From: Tubulanus polymorphus
Taxonomy: Eukaryota > Animalia > Nemertea
Reading direction: 5' to 3'
Length of the DNA: 64,000 nt
Assembly: GCF_964204645.1 (NCBI RefSeq)
Contig: NC_134026.1
Coordinates: forward strand, 28,058,150 to 28,122,149
In this document: positions 53,701 to 64,000 of the stretch, in pieces
Numbering within the stretch: position 1 is the stretch's first letter
How the letters are laid out: every line of letters starts with the position of its first letter
The notes under the pieces: model-generated
The model's database searches: none
What the model was told of the DNA's origin: nothing
The model's input: the letters and a program-made list of their open reading frames with translations, nothing else
Made by a program: the position numbers and the translations under genes

Positions 53701-56700
53701 AACAACAATGAAAACAGAAGCATGGTGGGAAATAGATTGGCAGAATGTCCACTCTTTAGTTTAGAAGTTATAATTTTCACAAAATGATATTTTCAGTAAT
53801 TTTCATTTTCAATTTTTTGTTGATTATTTTTTGCATATATTGCATCAAGTATCATATGTTGGAGAGGAAATTGAGATATCTTTCTTTGTTTCTAAATACT
53901 AATAGTTTATTCTCAATATTTAACAAACTACCAGTATCAGCACTATTCTATATGGTATTGAGATATACATAGAATTCCAGCAGCATTTGACATAACATTA
54001 CTTAAGGAACGACATATTTTACTTTAGTATCAGCTGTCAATTAATTATTCTGAATCACAGCTGTTACTTCGGTATATGAATACATCTTTTGTTTGTAAAC
54101 CCAATAGGTATAGACTTCTCACTTAGATTTCCTTCAACAGGCTTCTTTTTTAGCGGGGATCCCCATTTCATTTCATGTGCAGTTAATTGGAGGGTGTATT
54201 TATTGTGTATGTTTGGACTGCATGCTGTTGATGAACTAATATCTTACCATTTTCCTTTTCTGTGTACAGGCCTGTAGCCAGGGCTTTTTAAGGGTGAGCC
54301 CAAATGTACAAATGTAGCCATATGAGCAATTTTGTGGGAATATAAGACTAAGAATGGCACAAAGTAAATTTACATATTGTGATTGCTGCCCCTTTTTGAT
54401 GAAACAGCGCCTATTAATGCCTTCTTCATCAAGAATCTTCATCTTCCTCATTCTGAAGTATATTTCATGGCATCTTTGAAAAAAGGCTCTTGGAAAGATA
54501 CTCCTCCGAATCCCCACTGGCTACAGGCTTGGTGTACTCTGTATTGTATTGATCCAGGTTTATAACAGCATTGGTTGGGTGTGTAGTCATGTTACAGAAT
54601 TCACCTTTTCATAAATCATAAACACCAATTTCACCTCTTGTGTTTTTTTTCTTTATCAGAATAAAGTGTGATAACATTTCTTGTAACTTGGCTATCGTAT
54701 CTTAACATGTTAACTGAGCTATTTTTATTATTTTCTGCTTTGCCTGCAACCTGTAGCACTATGGGTCACCATTACGCATTCCCAAGTGTTGAAACACCGT
54801 AAGTTATGACAAGTCTATTGTGGGAACTGGGTCTGGTGATGGGCTCAAACAGAACCTCCGCATGTCTATTCAGCACTCCTCATTCCATTCTGATTTTGTT
54901 TATCCTTTTCTTTCCTTTTCTGAAAGTTAATCAATGATTTCATTTTGCAGACAGTTTAGTTACAGATAACCAATTAACGGATGAAACTGAAAATTTTGAT
55001 AGTAATCACCAATGAGTGTCCCTCTCGCTTTAAATGACTACATCAATAATTCCAATATGAGATATTTTTGATTTGATGTGATAAACAAAATTGATGCATG
55101 CCATAATGAATTCAATTAAGAACTCGATGATCTTCGTATGATTTTTAATCAATAGTATTTATTAAGGATATCGGAAGATTATTGAAAATTTTGTATGAAA
55201 TAAAAATATTCATTCTGTATGAAATAAATCGAGAAATCAAGAATATTTTACATCCACTTCTTGAAGGCATGTCAGTCTCAAGCTGTTAAGTTCATATTCT
55301 CGCATGTATCTAGCTATATTGTACAATGACATACTTATTGAGAAAGTTTTGCCGTTGTTCTTTTTGCCAGCTTGTCTGCTAGCTCTATGTTAACTAGTTT
55401 AACATTTCTCTTTATAATATTTACTTACCTCTTTGCTGCTAGCTCTGCAGGATATTCAGATTATTCTCTGAACAGATATTACTAATATTTCTTTCGAACA
55501 ATTATTTCGTAAGAATCATTCTATTTGCTAGAGATGAAAAGCGACAAGTGGTCATTTTGCATTTTATATGAAATCATACTGTTTTGTTCATGAGCCTCTT
55601 GGTAGAAAGTTGCAGTTTTGATTTTTTTGCTTGAAACTAGTATGATACCCGAGATATTGCATTTGTTGTACTTAGCTGATAGCGATTAAAACCTTTCCAG
55701 GTTCCCTCTCGAGTTTTAGAGAATTTCCTTGATATATTTCTAATTGTTTCGAGTATCAATCAGTGGTTAAAAATGCCAAACGTTACTTCCACACATTTCA
55801 TATGATCTCTTCAATCTTTATTATCAATTCATGAGATTTATATTGAATTTTCTAGTGATGATAATGATGTATATGAACCAGAGGATAAGAATTATGAATT
55901 CCACGATGATGAAGAGTTCACTCATATCGAAAGAACTCACACTACGAAAACCGAAAAAATAACTAATCGACGGACCAAAAAGAAAGTTGACCTCGGTGCA
56001 GCTTCAAATTTTGGAAAAGAAACGCAAGTAAGTGGCAAACCAGTACAACATGGCATATTTTTTCCAGCTACTTGTCATATTGACTGTTTATTTTACTATT
56101 GATTTTCAGAGTCAAAATACATCTGCTAATGAAGGGCCGAGTCTAATTGATACAATGCCGCACCCAAATAGTAGTCCAGATCTATTCTCTGATTTCCAAA
56201 AAGCTGGCACCACTTCAACGAATGCCAATGGACAGTTTGCAGATTTTTCCAATTTTGATGCTCGCCAGCGATCAACCTCAAACTGTGAGTATCAATCTGC
56301 TTAACTACAGGGTTTGTACACCTGGACTGGGTTTCATAGACGTGGAAGAAAAATAGTCCCTGGGAACATTTTGAAATTTGTCAGTTATAACCATGGTTTC
56401 TCATTGTTACTATGGTGGTTGTCACCCAGATTGAGGATTTACCCCTAGGGATAACTTTGATACTCAGTCTATGAAACCGGGCTTGGAATTCCTGGATGTC
56501 CTGGAATTTGAGCAAAATCAATTCCAGGAAAACCCCTGAAATTCGAGTTGCTCTTAAGTGTACGAACCCTGAACTATCAATCTACTGTTTTGTAATTTTG
56601 ATTACCGCTTGAAATGTAACCTATGTTTGTTTTCATGTTTGCAGCATCAAGTAATTTTGGTGATTTTTCTCAATTCAACAACCCTCAAACCCAACAAAGG

Positions 56701-59700
56701 TACCTCATCTTAAGCATTAATGTACGCCTGCTCTCATTTGTATGTATAAAATCATTAGTTTTCAAGGGATCGTTGAATGTTTTTCAGCTCTGGTGATTTC
56801 GGAGATTTCTCATCGTTTCAAAGCAGCAGTGGAAACTCGAATGCCGCTATAACTAGATCATCGTCCGTCGATCTATTAGCCGGGTTGTCTCATCACATTC
56901 AACCTCCACTGTCGGCGCAACCTCTACAGTCAACACAACCGGTGCTTACACATTCTCAAACGCAACCTACGATGAATATAGGTATGGGTATGCAGATGAA
57001 TATGAATGGGCAGATGATTGGTATGATGTCGATGCCTGGACAAATGCCTATGGCGCAACAACCGATGGTAAGAAATCTTATTTGTAGTTCTGTAAATGTT
57101 TAAAGTGTATATTTAATGTATGTATATCGGTGTTTTTAGATGTCTAGTCAACAACCGATGTCACAAATAGGTGTTACTCAGATCAGCAGCCCTCCTATGG
57201 GTCAGGTGCCGATGGGAATAGGTGTTTCACAGCCACAGCAGCCGGTATGATTCTATAATGAGATAATGATAATACCTGAATTAGCATAGCACCTGTTTCA
57301 TTTAAAAAAGGTTCATCAGCACTTAAAGTGTGCCGTGAAAAAGAACTCCCCATAGATTTGGCAATAAATCTGAAGTAATGCTATTCTATTCAAAAAGGTT
57401 AGAAACCAATTCCGAACAGTATTTTCCATTAAGACTATTTGTTTTAATTTTTCGCAGGGAATGATGGGTGTAATGCAACCAACAGCGAATAATAACGTAC
57501 CGGTAGGAGTGATGCAACCGATGTCTTCGAATACTTCAACTGTGGGTATGATGCCACCTATATCTGCCAGTGCTCCTGCTACCCCTATGAAATCTCAACA
57601 CATACCACAGGTAAAGATAGAACCTAGTTTCCGGTAAAATGAAATCGATTGAAGCGATGTCATCCGGCGTACTGATTTAAAAATGTTTTGTCATTGCAGT
57701 CAATTTCGAATTCCAATAATACCTGGGCCGGTGTTGGAGTCGATATAAGTCTAGATAGCCTCAGTCCGGCCAGTAAATATCAAAAACAAACAGCGCCGAG
57801 TATGAACCAACTACAACAGACTTCGCAACAACAGTTCGCAGGTAAATCTATGGATCATGTGTTCGTAAGGGTATTACTGTTATACCCTTTATTTCTTTAT
57901 GTTTTCAATTCAAGTCACTGATAATTTATAGCCCACACACTGGTAGAATTGGAACTTGGAACGGGTTAGGTAGTCCTTAGGTTTTTGTGAGACACGCAAT
58001 TTTTGACTTTCTTCAATCTTGTTTAATTTTATGAATTAAAGGAACTATTTATGGCATGGGTATGATGTATCCAGGTTAGTATCACGGATATTTTATCGAT
58101 TTCACAAATTCTGGAGCAGCACTAACTGGATTAATGCCTCATTTTCATGGATATGATGCTTTACGCACTGTTTCCAGTACTTGTTATATTGATATATATA
58201 TTTTTTGTGGATGATAGTAGCACGAGATGTGATGCTGGAATTGGATCTTATCTACTACACTATTTTTCATTTATTTCTGTAAATCGATGTTAATAAGATT
58301 ACGTTTGCATGGTTTATTTTCTAGTCAATGTTTTCAGGAACTTGCAGGATTTTCATTTTTAAGACGATTATGTGTGAAATATCTTTATATCTTTAGTTGA
58401 ATTCTTTTCCAATATATCTTTAATCTTGTATAGATAAACGTTCTAGATTTATATCTTTATATCAATACTACATTTTAACTTCAATGCTATAGATCTTGCA
58501 TGAGAACTTATCAAAACCTCACAGATCATTTAATTTTCTTCAGATTTTCAAGGTTTTGCCAATTTTGACCAATCTCCAGGTATATTCTCTTTTATCTATC
58601 TATTATCAACGAAATCATGTACGCTTTTGAATTGGATGAAGTGATCTATAAACCTCATTTATATGATTTATATTCTCAATAACTGCTAAATAACCCCCAC
58701 AGAAATCTTACAAACTCCCTCTGTACCTGAACCCTCTTATAACTTCTATTATTTTTGAATGACTAGTATTCGCTAACTAAGAATAGCTTTTATTAACCTG
58801 ATATTCATTGGGCTTTTCTTACAGAACACAATACGTGTATGTCATTGGTTCCGGTTTCGACTCCGTCATCTCGCTGGCGGTCTATTTACAACGCCTCTGT
58901 CTTTAACCAAAGAATGTGTTAGTTGTTGCCGTTTTTTACGAAATAATTTTTCGTTAACTTATTACTACTCACTTTATTACAATGATTGATGGGCTGAGGA
59001 AAGCATGATTAGGTTTTGGAAAGAACTGTTCATCTGAATAAATGGATGGTAGTGGTGGTTCCCAGTATTCCATTTTAGCTTTTAGATTCTTCTTCTTCTT
59101 GTATTCAAATGTTAGATAGTAATAAGTTAAAACTGATTTGATATATTCGATGTTTCTCTATTCTACCAGTGTTCTTTCTTCATTCTAACTACTAAAGGAT
59201 TCCTAAGCGTTACATATTCTATGTGAAATTGTGAAAAGTGACTAGTGATTAAGATTGTAAATGTATGCCTGTTGCACTATCATACTGCTAGAAGCTGGAT
59301 GTGTTACAAAAGTTTTAACTATTTATAAACAGGAATGGTCAATGTGTGGTAATGATGGTTAATTTTAGCAAAATGATTGATCAAATTGATAAGTTATTGT
59401 GACTTGTATGCTGGCTGTAGCATGGGATAATTAGGAATAAGCATGGACTTTTATGGTGGAAGACAATCATCAAGACTGTACTCTAAAAGTGAAATAATAA
59501 GCTTGGCGTCTTCAGATTGAATATTTTTTTGCATCCCTCTTTCCCTCGAATTACAGCCTTCGTTACGTAAGTTTAAGTCTATTGTATTTGTACTTGTTAC
59601 CATCTTATTCAGGTATGGGACCTGGAATTGCTCCAAATATGTATCCGCAAAGTCAGATGTTTCCAATGGGAACTGGACCTATTCCATCACAGCAGCAGCA

Positions 59701-60289
59701 GCAGCAGCCAGCTACTCAACTAACTCAACAGATGTCACAATTAAATATGCAGGCGGGAGGTGCTCCACTTATGGCTCCAAATATGGGTATGTGCAGTCGC
59801 TAATGATGATATATTGTTTAGTCAATCAATTATTAGCAGATTTTGTCTTCTGTATCGTTTATTATTCATAGCTTGTACCGGTGAACCTGAAGGAAGTATG
59901 TATATGAACTTATATAAGTTTTGAATCTATTCCAATTGCTTGATTGTTAATATTATTATTTTCATAAAATGGGCAAATTTTTTTCTAATTTCGAAAGGAT
60001 TTGTCAGCTTAGCTTGCTTTTCATTTCTTGAGAATATTTTCATGCTTCTTTAATGTTTGTATATTTTGTTTATATATTTAAAAGATATTTAGAAATGAAA
60101 ATATTTAGAAAACATTTTAAAAACTGAATCATTCACACTCTTAAATCGAGTATGATATATGTTTCAGGTATGGGTGTACAACAAACTGGTGGCATGATGT
60201 CTATGACAATGACAAGGAGTCAATCGTCAACTTTACAACAGCGAGCTGATCAAGCCTTCTCCGGATTAGGTTCATTTACAGCCAAATAA
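50742..60289 (+). CDS. CLINT1: Clathrin interactor 1 (epsinR/enthoprotin), ENTH domain
   Basis: Exons 50742-50773, 51139-51340, 51675-51813, 51967-52098, 52879-53035, 55856-56027, 56110-56284, 56645-56699, 56788-57067, 57140-57244, 57458-57610, 57700-57841, 59613-59786, 60168-60289. MWKLREITDKVTNVVMNYSEVEAKVRDATNDDPWGP, VDLGAA, FADF/FGDF motifs, NTW..VDISLDSL, Met-rich tail. Confidence 0.96.
54267..54531. mobile_element. MITE in a CLINT1 intron, termini related to the 32130 element
   Basis: TIRs CAGGCCTGTAGCCAG / CTGGCTACAGGCTTG (14/15); GTGTA on both flanks. Confidence 0.8.
56308..56571. mobile_element. MITE with a second MITE nested inside (~56327-56482), in a CLINT1 intron
   Basis: Outer TIRs CAGGGTTTGTACAC / GTGTACGAACCCTG (13/14) with AACTA on both flanks. 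Inner inverted repeat GGTTTCATAGAC / GTCTATGAAACC. Confidence 0.8.
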
Positions 60290-61767
60290 TCGATGCTCAC
60301 CACCGATACACAGCATCTACCGTATTCTAAATCTCTATGACTTTCATCATTATTTACTTGGACTCGAAAAATACAATAGACTGTGTTAAACATTCGTCTA
60401 GATATTTTGTTTGATCATTCAATTGATCAACCTCTGATACAGCTAAATTAACCAATGTATACTACAACCAATATACTGAAGTTAAAGGTACATATATTTT
60501 TGATTTAACATCTATTTAATGAGAAATGGTATTAGGTTGATTCTGCACATGTTTTTGAAATGATTGAAGTAATTTTTCCCAACAGATTATGTTACCTACA
60601 GACATGATGTATCATGTTATATGTATGAACTGTTTTATTGTATCTGGTCCTGAAACTTTCAAACGAAGCATTCCACAATTGTTTGTATTTCAATGAAAAT
60701 ATGTGTATGAATTGAAGTGTCTTAATTTATTTATAATGATTACCGGATTATTAGTCTACAGTATCTTAACTGATTAATTAATAATTATAGTTATAATATA
60801 TGTAAACATATTTGTACATTGTTATCATATAGATTAAGTCACTAATATGTCTTATTTCCTTCTCTTCAAAAATGCACTACCTTCACTGAACGAGGTATTA
60901 ATATTTTGATTTATCTAGATACTTGCATTTAGGCTACAACTGCAATATTTTGTTTATTTCTGTTGACATCAGCATTTAACGAATTTGAAGAGATTTTAGC
61001 GATGTTCAAGTATCTATGTATTGTAGCCTATGTCTGTAATTGGTGAAAACAGCAGCAGTTCTAGTCTTTGTACACATAGACTACAAAGTCTGTGATATTT
61101 TTATCTTCATCACAATAGATCAACATTTTCATGTTGAATTAAGTTGAATCAAAAATTCATAATTTTTGTTTGAATGCATACATTGTGTGTCATTATTCCT
61201 TATTTATACTGCTGTTCATACTTTGTTACCTTGTTGTTAAAATGTTTCCGATGGTGTGACTGGTAGAAAAAAATACTTCTAGCTTCTTAATCATGTTAAA
61301 ACCTGTCTTCAGTTGATCAACTGTCAACCGCCAATATGAATTAGGTGAATGCATTTGTAATATTCGTGTACATAGACTAAAAATATTATTTACCATTGCG
61401 TATGCCGTGGACATATCAGTTGAGATGGAAATACCTTTCTATGACCTCTTACATAGTGCACATCAAGGAACAAAGTTGTATATTTGTAATATTGTATGTA
61501 CATCTAATAAATGAATTGATCCTATTATTATATCTATTAGTTGTTTGTATATTTTGTTGCTCATGTGGATGATAGATTCTTTGCCATGTTCGTTCGTCAT
61601 CTACATATAGTAGTTATTAAGTGGATTATGAATGATTTATCGAGGATTGAAGGAAAATATTTATGTATAAAAAACATCGATCTCCAGTGAAGTCTTCAGG
61701 CCCGTGGCGTGAAAATATGCAGTCCGTGGTTTCACACCGTCACTGCGCTCGATTGTTCGTTAAACAA

Positions 61768-61786
61768 CCCCCCCCCCCCCCCCCCC
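61768..61786 (+). repeat. Poly(C) run, 19 nt
   Basis: Directly visible. Confidence 0.9.
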
Positions 61787-62075
61787 GAGGATCATCGGCA
61801 AAAATCCGCATTTAACTTCCCGTATTATGTATAAATCAAGGTTATCAAGCAAGAGACTGCACATCTAATCATATAGCCGAGATTTTCCATCAAAACTTGT
61901 TTCAAGAGTGAAAATAATCGCAACAATGGGAATCTCCACAAAATGGCGCCTAGAAATAGCAAACTTTTCGATAGAAAAGAAACTGGTCTGGATGAGATAA
62001 CTGTAGGTGTTGATTTAAGTGGAATGTTGTGGGTAGATGAAGCATTCTAAAAGCGAGGCAGGAGTCAAACACTGG

Positions 62076-62112
62076 CTCTTTCTGGGAGTTTAAGGTGGTC
62101 CTGACAAGGACC
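62076..62112 (-). terminator. Histone mRNA 3' stem-loop plus purine-rich downstream element
   Basis: Minus strand: AAATC-GGTCCT-TGTC-AGGACC-ACC (stem-loop 62112-62097), then CAGAAAGAG about 12 nt downstream; 35 nt after the H1 stop. Confidence 0.9.
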
Positions 62113-62147
62113 GATTTAGACCTCAAAAGAACGCCGTAGGCTGAAAT

Positions 62148-62756
62148 TTACTTTTTGGCTGCAGTTTTCTTGGTAGCCGCTTTCTTCGCTGGAGTCTTCT
62201 TCTTAGCCGGTTTGGCTGCTGACTTCTTGGTTGGAGTTTTGGTTTTCTTAGCGGCAGGCTTGGCTGCTGCGGCCTTCTTTTTTGGCGAAGCTTTAGCGGC
62301 TTTCTTCGCGGTGGCTTTCTTAGCGGCAGGCTTCTTCGCTTTCGGTTTAGCTGCTTGAGGTTTGGTGACCTTCTTGGCGACTGGTTTCTTCACGACTTTC
62401 TTCGGTTTGGCTGCGGTTTTCTCCTCTTTCTTTGCTTCCTGACTCAATCTGAAACGCCCCGACGCGCCTTGACCTTTGTTCATGTAACGAACGTAAGTTC
62501 CCTTGACGAGTCCGGACTTCAGTTCTTTACGGATAAAGACACCTTGACGGTCGATGTCAACTTTAAATTGTCCAGCGATGTGCTTCTTGATGGCAGCCAG
62601 CGACGAACCAGTTTTCTCTCCCAATGCGGTGATCGCGGCTTTCACCATAACGTTGAATGGAGGATGAGCGGCTGGAGCCTTCGGTTTCGCAGTCTTCTTG
62701 GCAGCGACGGCCTTCTTAGCGGGCGAGGCTGGAGCGGCGGCTTCGGCGTCAGACAT
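62148..62756 (-). CDS. H1: Linker histone H1, intronless, replication-dependent type
   Basis: 202-aa ORF. Globular domain HPPFNVMVKAAITALGEKTGSSLAAIKKHI..GQGASGRFRL, Lys/Ala/Pro-rich tail with SPKK/TPTK sites, 3' stem-loop. Confidence 0.97.
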   Translation of the reverse strand: MSDAEAAAPASPAKKAVAAKKTAKPKAPAAHPPFNVMVKAAITALGEKTGSSLAAIKKHIAGQFKVDIDRQGVFIRKELKSGLVKGTYVRYMNKGQGASGRFRLSQEAKKEEKTAAKPKKVVKKPVAKKVTKPQAAKPKAKKPAAKKATAKKAAKASPKKKAAAAKPAAKKTKTPTKKSAAKPAKKKTPAKKAATKKTAAKK

Positions 62757-64000
62757 ATTTGAAGGTAGTTGATGCGAGTCTCGTAGATCAGAACGCGTGA
62801 GCTTTATTAACGGTTTACTGTTCGAGTGATGTCCACCCCGCCGATACGCGCCTGTATATGTTCAACTATTGCCGACGCGCACGTACCGCTGTTAGATGCA
62901 GAGCATACGATTCTACTCAGCTGAATTCAGCGACGCAGATTTTGTGCTGGATGATGCTGATAAAGGTTTAATTTCTTGCGTTAGCACTCTTAAATCTGAA
63001 AATTATTTTCGTATTCTGACAGCAAAGATATTACTCCATCAATCGATGTAATCAAATCGAAATTTTAGATTACTTAACGGTGTCGAAATTGCGGTTTCTT
63101 AAGGTCAATTGCAGAAAATGAAATGAAACTTTGTTTTAGAGCTAGAAATTAAGACGTTTCATACCTGTGAATCTATCTACTTGTTTCATAGTAAAGATGA
63201 TGTTGTTAACTATCAACTGACGAAGTTTCGTGAAATTTCGAAATGTAAAACCGGTGAAATATGACGATTTATTTTTGACCCTACGTCTAGAGCAGTTTCT
63301 ATAGTCACACGCGGTGGACACCATTCGGGTCCTTTTTTAAATCGACCCGGTGCAGAGCACATGATTAGATACGTAGAACAAACTTTATAATATGATTAAG
63401 CCTATTATTTCAAATAATCTTCGTATCAAATTTTGTATATATTTTCATGCGAAGTTGTTCAATTATAGTTCAAGAGTGATATGGCTCGGCGGCGTCCCTG
63501 AACCATTCTCCTTCTCAATTTCTCCATAGACTGTATTACTTACTTCAGTTCATTTATTGCCAAACATTTTCAAAGTCTTTAATGAAATGCAAAAAAAGTA
63601 CTGAAAACAAATAAAGAGGTACCGGAATCAAGCATGGATTTGGATAATGATAAGACCAAAAAATGTTCTTATCGGCGCGGGTAGGAATGGCCCGTACTGA
63701 TTCAGACGCCATCTATCGGAATACGGTGTCAACAACGTTTGAAGAATGCGCTACTCTGAATATCCCGTCGGATAAATGCATCTCTCCCCTCTCAATCTAT
63801 CTCCTCTCTCGATTTGTGTCAATTGATTGAATAATGAAAAAAATTGAAGAAAACAGCCAAAACGCATGCATTCAGAACATATCGCCTTTTCATTCAACTG
63901 AAACATTTTATTAAAATAAAAGAAGCAAAAGACAATTTATTACAAAATGATTTCATTTTATTTGGAACAAAATGATTAATACTGCCAAACAATAGGTACT

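Noticed and set aside
62155-62762. Plus-strand ORFs over histone H1
   Set aside because: Antisense shadows of Lys/Ala-rich codons.
62900-64000. Possible further gene or ncRNA upstream of H1
   Set aside because: Only short ORFs; no tRNA cloverleaf, snRNA signature or consistent exon chain recognisable.

Overview
AT-rich, gene-dense eukaryotic DNA with many very short (about 55-100 nt) GT-AG introns. It is an invertebrate animal; a spiralian/lophotrochozoan origin is my inference only. Nine protein-coding genes are supported, left to right: (1, 2) two tandem minus-strand paralogues encoding signal-peptide proteins built from repeated ependymin/LolA-like modules, one complete with 4 PAN/apple domains and a TM helix, the other running off the left edge; (3) an LZTS-family coiled-coil gene (+); (4) TCERG1 (-), head-to-head with (5) a type II PI4-kinase (+); (6) a SAXO axonemal gene (-); (7) an unrecognised disordered protein ending in a CaaX box (-), head-to-head with (8) Ki-67 (+); (9) CLINT1/epsinR (+). 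A tenth gene is a solitary intronless histone H1 (-) with a 3' stem-loop. Several MITEs are present, one nested in another. The most notable observations: PI4K2 has a duplicated alternative first exon that swaps an AP-3-type dileucine signal for an N-myristoylation signal and changes the P-loop; LZTS has three phase-0 candidate first exons, one with an LC8-type TQT motif; the CaaX orphan has an LxxIxE motif and many CDK sites; Ki-67 has a 13x69-bp CDK-site/basic repeat; TCERG1 has a candidate poison exon; CLINT1 has symmetric micro-exons. All exon boundaries and family calls were read by eye and no database search was run. No tRNA, rRNA or CRISPR was found.
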